This document shows, in pieces, positions 59,845 through 64,000 of a DNA stretch of 64,000 bases. The DNA comes from Peptoniphilaceae bacterium (lineage in GTDB: Bacteria; Bacillota; Clostridia; Tissierellales; Peptoniphilaceae): positions 9,609-73,608 of the forward strand of contig JAQYPV010000021.1 in the NCBI GenBank assembly GCA_028726605.1, in the 5' to 3' direction. The notes beneath the pieces were generated by a model. That model did not search any database, was not told the DNA's origin, and was given only the letters and a program-made list of their open reading frames with translations. The stretch's first letter is position 1. Each line of letters opens with the position of its first letter. A program made the position numbers and the translations under genes.

Positions 59845-61302
59845 ATGTTTCAACGATCCGAAGAAAATTTGTCCATGCTCTTCGATTTCTACGAGATGAC
59901 CATGGCCAATGGCTATTTTGTCCACGGTCTGGACGACGTCGTCGGCTATTTTGACGTCTTCTATCGGAAAAATCCGGACAATGCCGGTTTTTCCATCTTC
60001 TGTGGACTGGAATCCATCATCGACTATCTGAAAAATCTGCACTTCGATGCGGACGACATCGCCTTTTTGCGTCAGAAGGGGATCTTCAGCAAAGACTTTC
60101 TCCACTATCTGGAGACCTTCCGCTTCACGGGCGATGTCTGGGCCGTGCCCGACGGCAGCGTCGTGTTCCCGGGTGAGCCGCTCATCACCGTGCGCGCCCC
60201 CATCATCGAGGCAAGCCTCATCGAGACGATGCTGCTCTTGATCGTGAACCACCAGTCCCTCATCGCCACGAAAGCCGGCCGCATCGTACGCGCCGCGCAA
60301 GGGCGCCCCGTCATGGAATTCGGCTCCCGCCGCGCCCACGGCGCCGATGCGGCCAACTTGGGCGCTCAGGCCGCCTACATCGCCGGCTGCCTCGGCACGG
60401 CGGATACGCTCGCCGACGAGCGCTTCGGCGTTCCGGCTCTCGGCACCATGGCTCACTCCTGGGTGCAGCTCTTCCCGAGCGAATACGAGGCGTTTAAGAC
60501 CTACGCCGAGACCTACCCCAACAACGCGACGCTGTTGGTGGACACCTACGACACCTTGACCAGCGGCGTGCCCAATGCCATTCGCGTCTTTGACGAAGTC
60601 TTAACCCCGCTCGGCCAGCACGGCGGCATCCGCCTGGATTCAGGCGACATCGCCTATTTGAGCAAAAAGGCGCGCATCATGCTGGACGAGTCCGGCCACG
60701 CTGACGCCACCATCACCGCCTCCAACTCCCTCGACGAGTACCGCATTCGCGACATCCTGGAGCAAGGCGCCAAAATCGACAACTTCGGCGTGGGCGAAAA
60801 CCTCATCACGTCCAAGTCATCGCCCGTGTTCGGCGGCGTCTACAAATTGGTGGGCGTGGAGCGCAACGGAGAATTTAAGCCGCGCATCAAGATCTCCGAA
60901 AACGTCGAAAAGATTACGACGCCGGGCTTTAAGACCTTCTACCGCTTCTACGACAACGAGACGCACAAAGCTCTGGCGGACCTCATCACCATGCACGACG
61001 AGGTGATCGACGAGAGTAAGCCGTACGAGATCTTCCATCCGACCTACACGTGGAAGCGCACGCGTCTAGAGCATTACACCGTGCGTCCCATGCGCGTGAA
61101 AGTCTTTGAGGGTGGCACGTGCATTTACACCCTTCCGGATCTCAAGGAGCGCCGCGCCTACTGCTCACAGGAGACGGAGTCCCTGTGGGACGAGTACAAG
61201 CGCTTTGACAATCCGCATGAGTACAAAGTGGACCTGTCGCTTGCGGTGTGGAATATGAAGCACGATCTGCTGGCGCAAACTGAGCAACAGATCCGTCCGT
61301 AG
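59845..61302 (+). CDS. pncB: Nicotinate phosphoribosyltransferase
   Basis: DFYEMTM, EFGSRRAHG, GTMAHSW, LVDTYD and RLDSGD motifs. Confidence 0.96.
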   Translation: MFQRSEENLSMLFDFYEMTMANGYFVHGLDDVVGYFDVFYRKNPDNAGFSIFCGLESIIDYLKNLHFDADDIAFLRQKGIFSKDFLHYLETFRFTGDVWAVPDGSVVFPGEPLITVRAPIIEASLIETMLLLIVNHQSLIATKAGRIVRAAQGRPVMEFGSRRAHGADAANLGAQAAYIAGCLGTADTLADERFGVPALGTMAHSWVQLFPSEYEAFKTYAETYPNNATLLVDTYDTLTSGVPNAIRVFDEVLTPLGQHGGIRLDSGDIAYLSKKARIMLDESGHADATITASNSLDEYRIRDILEQGAKIDNFGVGENLITSKSSPVFGGVYKLVGVERNGEFKPRIKISENVEKITTPGFKTFYRFYDNETHKALADLITMHDEVIDESKPYEIFHPTYTWKRTRLEHYTVRPMRVKVFEGGTCIYTLPDLKERRAYCSQETESLWDEYKRFDNPHEYKVDLSLAVWNMKHDLLAQTEQQIRP

Positions 61303-61306
61303 GAGG

Positions 61307-62746
61307 ATGAGTTTGAACGCATCACACCACAAATCCAGTCGCGAAGGGCGACTCAACGCCATCGGACGACAGCGCTTGCGCAAACAACAGGAGAGTTATT
61401 TGCTGCTGTTGCGGGTGATCAACGCCTTTCTGGTGAGCCTGCCCTTCTTCTTGGCCTGGTATCTCTACTACGCCAACCGCATTGTCACGCCCTTCTACCA
61501 CCGGGGCAATCTCCTCGTCCTCGCCCTTTACTTCGTGCTGTTCAACATCATCGGGCGCGTGTACGACGCCTTCGACCTCATCACACAGAGCCCTGCGGAG
61601 ATGCTCTACAGCAAATCCATTACGCTCATCGTGTGCGACGGCCTCTTCTACGTCGTGATCAGCCTCCTCTCGCGCCACTTGGTCTCCGTCTGGCCCATGC
61701 TCTTGATGTTTATCACGCAGCTCGTCGTGGCGGGGGTGACGGCGCACGGCGCGCATCGCCTCTTTTACGGCCGCTTTCCCGCGGAAAGGACCATCGTGGT
61801 CTACAACGAAACGGCGAGCCTTGCGCACCTCATCAACGCCTACGGCCTCACCCGGAAGTACGCTGTCATCGAGAACATTCAGGTCGACGAGGCGCTGCGG
61901 GACTTGAGTCAACTGGACCGGGCGTCCACCGTCTTCTTCAGCGGCGGCAAGGCCACGGCCCGCAACGACATCATGAAGTACTGCATGAACCACTCCATTG
62001 CGTTCTATGCGCTGCCGAAGATCAGCGACGCCATCCTGACGGGCGCGGAAACCCGGCACCTCTTTCACCTGCCGATGCTCTATGTCACGCGCTCCATCGC
62101 CACGCCGGAATACCGCTTCATGAAGCGCGCCCTGGACATTGTGGTGTCGCTTCTGGGTCTCATCCTCATCAGCCCCATCCTGCTGGTCACGGCTCTGGCG
62201 ATCAAACTGGACGACCGCGGGCCGGTCTTTTACACGCAGGATCGCCTGACGCGAGAAGGGCGCGTGTTTAAGATCTGGAAGTTTCGCTCCATGCGCACTG
62301 ACGCGGAAAAGGACAACGTGGCGCGCCTCTCCAGTGGCGAGGACGACCCGCGGATCACCAAAGTCGGGCGCTGGATTCGCCGCACGCGCATCGACGAACT
62401 GCCGCAGCTCTTTTGCATTCTCAAAGGGGACATGAGCCTCGTGGGGCCGCGTCCCGAGCGCCCCGAGATTGCGGTGCAATACGAAGAAAAAATCCCCGAA
62501 TTTGCGCTGCGGCTGCAGGCAAAAGCGGGGCTAACGGGTTATGCGCAAGTCTATGGGAAGTACAACACGTCGCCGTACGACAAGCTCATCATGGATCTCA
62601 TCTACATCGCGCACCCTTCTCTCCTGGAGGATCTGCGCATTCTGTTTGCGACGTTTAAGGTCATCTTCATGAGTGAAAGCACTGAAGGCGTCGCGGCCGA
62701 TGCCGTGACGGCGCTGGATGCGGACTATCCGCACAGCGAGGAGTAA
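61307..62746 (+). CDS. Polyprenyl-phosphate priming sugar transferase (WcaJ/CpsE family)
   Basis: KRALDI, KFRSM, DPRIT, DELPQL and MSLVGPRPE motifs. Confidence 0.93.
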   Translation: MSLNASHHKSSREGRLNAIGRQRLRKQQESYLLLLRVINAFLVSLPFFLAWYLYYANRIVTPFYHRGNLLVLALYFVLFNIIGRVYDAFDLITQSPAEMLYSKSITLIVCDGLFYVVISLLSRHLVSVWPMLLMFITQLVVAGVTAHGAHRLFYGRFPAERTIVVYNETASLAHLINAYGLTRKYAVIENIQVDEALRDLSQLDRASTVFFSGGKATARNDIMKYCMNHSIAFYALPKISDAILTGAETRHLFHLPMLYVTRSIATPEYRFMKRALDIVVSLLGLILISPILLVTALAIKLDDRGPVFYTQDRLTREGRVFKIWKFRSMRTDAEKDNVARLSSGEDDPRITKVGRWIRRTRIDELPQLFCILKGDMSLVGPRPERPEIAVQYEEKIPEFALRLQAKAGLTGYAQVYGKYNTSPYDKLIMDLIYIAHPSLLEDLRILFATFKVIFMSESTEGVAADAVTALDADYPHSEE

Positions 62747-62747
62747 C

Positions 62748-63596
62748 TCACACGGGATCGCCGAAAAAGGCGAAGCCGATGACTCCGGGACCCGCATGCG
62801 TGCCGACCGTGGATCCCAACTGGAAGATGCGCTCCGGAGGGACGCGCATCTGCGGCGTCTCGTCCAAGTAGGCGTCCAAAACGACGCGGGTCTTGCCTGA
62901 ATACGCCGCAATCATGGTCTCGTTGTCGCGATGGGGGATCTTCTCCATTTCTTTTGTGAGCAGTTTCAAGGCATTGCCGCGGCCGCGCCCTTTGGCGGCG
63001 AGGTTCAGTTGGTTGTCTCTCAGCATCACCACGGGTTTGACAGCGAGCAGCCCCGCAATGAGGTTAATGGCCGGCGAGATGCGACCGCCGCGCTTCAGAT
63101 ATTCAAGCGTGTCGAGATAACCGAAGACGTATTCGCGCTCGCGCTGGGCGCGCACGGCGTCCGCCACTTCTTTGGCCGTGGCCATCCCTTGCGCCACGCA
63201 CTGCTGCGCGAAGCGGATCAAGAGGCGTTCACCGATGGTGACCTGCCACGTGTCCACCACTTCAATTTTGCCCCCAAAGCGTTCGGCGATGAGCTGCGCC
63301 GTCTGATACGTACCAGACAGGCTGCTGCCCATGACGAAGAACACGCCTTCATCGCCGTCGTCCACGACGGTTTGGAACGCGTCCATCATGCTCTGCGGTG
63401 TGGGCTGACTGGTGGTCGGGTATTTGCCCTCATCGACTAAGAGATGAAAGAACGTGTCTTTATCGAGGTTTTCTCCATCCCGATACGCCACGCCGTCGAA
63501 TGAGACGCTCATGGGCAGAAAGACCATGCCCTCGCGTTCTGCCTCCCGTTTTGTATAGTCACTTGCCGAATCGACTATGAATCGAACCGCCATCAT
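62748..63596 (-). CDS. DegV family fatty-acid-binding protein (second paralog)
   Basis: TSQP, LSGT, LEYLKRGGRI and THAGPG motifs. Confidence 0.94.
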   Translation of the reverse strand: MMAVRFIVDSASDYTKREAEREGMVFLPMSVSFDGVAYRDGENLDKDTFFHLLVDEGKYPTTSQPTPQSMMDAFQTVVDDGDEGVFFVMGSSLSGTYQTAQLIAERFGGKIEVVDTWQVTIGERLLIRFAQQCVAQGMATAKEVADAVRAQREREYVFGYLDTLEYLKRGGRISPAINLIAGLLAVKPVVMLRDNQLNLAAKGRGRGNALKLLTKEMEKIPHRDNETMIAAYSGKTRVVLDAYLDETPQMRVPPERIFQLGSTVGTHAGPGVIGFAFFGDPV

Positions 63597-63608
63597 TCCC
63601 CCTCTCCG

Positions 63609-63827
63609 TCATCCGATATGATCCGCCGCCATCGTCAACTGCGCGGCGTCATTAAATAATTGTTTGGTACTCCAAGATAAAAATAGCACATTTTACAGGG
63701 AGATTGCACCCACAATGCCCAGCATAATGGCAATCTGATAGGAGATGGCCGTGACGGGCACATCGTCCAGCACCAGATCGTCAACCGTTACGATGTCTTT
63801 GTAGGTCACATTTTGCAACGTGAACAT
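63609..63827 (-). pseudogene. Collapsed ABC ATPase/permease (FetA/FetB-like) remnant
   Basis: MFTLQNVTYKDIV..PVTAI (ABC ATPase start) joined to SYQIAIMLGIVGAISL*NVLFL..LFNDAAQL (FetB-like C-terminus) with an internal TAA. Confidence 0.65.
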
Positions 63828-63875
63828 CCTTTGCCTCCGTCGCCGCATCTTTCGGCCGCTGCGTTTTTTCCGCTA

Positions 63876-63905
63876 AAAACGCCCCGCCCACAGGGGCGAG
63901 GCGTC
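63876..63905 (-). terminator. Terminator after pta
   Basis: AAAAACGCCCCGCCC...GGGCGAGGCGT hairpin, T-tail on the minus strand. Confidence 0.6.
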
Positions 63906-63931
63906 ATGCGTTTTGTTCTTTTTGCGCCGAT

Positions 63932-64000
63932 TCACACCAGCGTTTGGAATGCCGTGATGAGGCCGATCTCATACGCATCCTGCTCGGAGCAGCCGCGGGA
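63932..64000 (-). CDS. pta: Phosphate acetyltransferase, 3' end only
   Basis: SRGCSEQDAYEIGLITAFQTLV* matches the Pta C-terminal (DL)SRGC motif. Confidence 0.75.
   Translation of the reverse strand, partial: SRGCSEQDAYEIGLITAFQTLV

Noticed and set aside
1-64000. tRNA/rRNA genes, prophage or ICE
   Set aside because: No cloverleaf, rRNA-like, phage structural, integrase or conjugation sequences were recognised by eye; not verified with tools

Overview
A chromosomal window from a GC-rich anaerobic, amino-acid-fermenting Bacillota (Peptoniphilaceae/Clostridia-like; inferred from gene content only). It is mostly housekeeping: nitroreductase, C69 dipeptidase, an SPFH/RHH operon, part of a Na+-pumping decarboxylase, a gltS-murI-gdh operon, ybaK, a yybP-ykoY riboswitch with a P-type ATPase, a near-complete purine cluster, IclR with a truncated TRAP dctP, XRE/dinB, MscS, CorC, LysR/M29 peptidase/DAACS, uppP-ttcA-rlmH-walJ, MATE, a Nim-like protein, fumC/gltS, DegV x2, proC, trxAB, pncB, an orphan priming glycosyltransferase and the 3' end of pta. 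I recognised no rRNA, tRNA, CRISPR-cas, integrase or transposase. The most unusual signal is a set of intergenic arrays sharing one geometry: 9-bp inverted half-sites enclosing a 20-22 nt variable segment, joined by mostly 13-15 nt linkers (period about 50-54 bp). They fall into two sequence families (4.1 kb and 39.6 kb; 29.5 kb and 52.0 kb), and one array lies just upstream of an orphan PD-(D/E)xK nuclease gene. Other notable items: a 47-bp palindromic array, a ~250-280 bp dispersed element in two inverted copies, an AT-rich secreted aerolysin-like protein plus lipoprotein pair, a PfkB pseudokinase, a PurN-IMP cyclohydrolase fusion, a PurF lacking the catalytic Cys, and several deletion remnants (dctP, arcD, fetAB). 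All calls come from reading the sequence by eye; no database searches were run.
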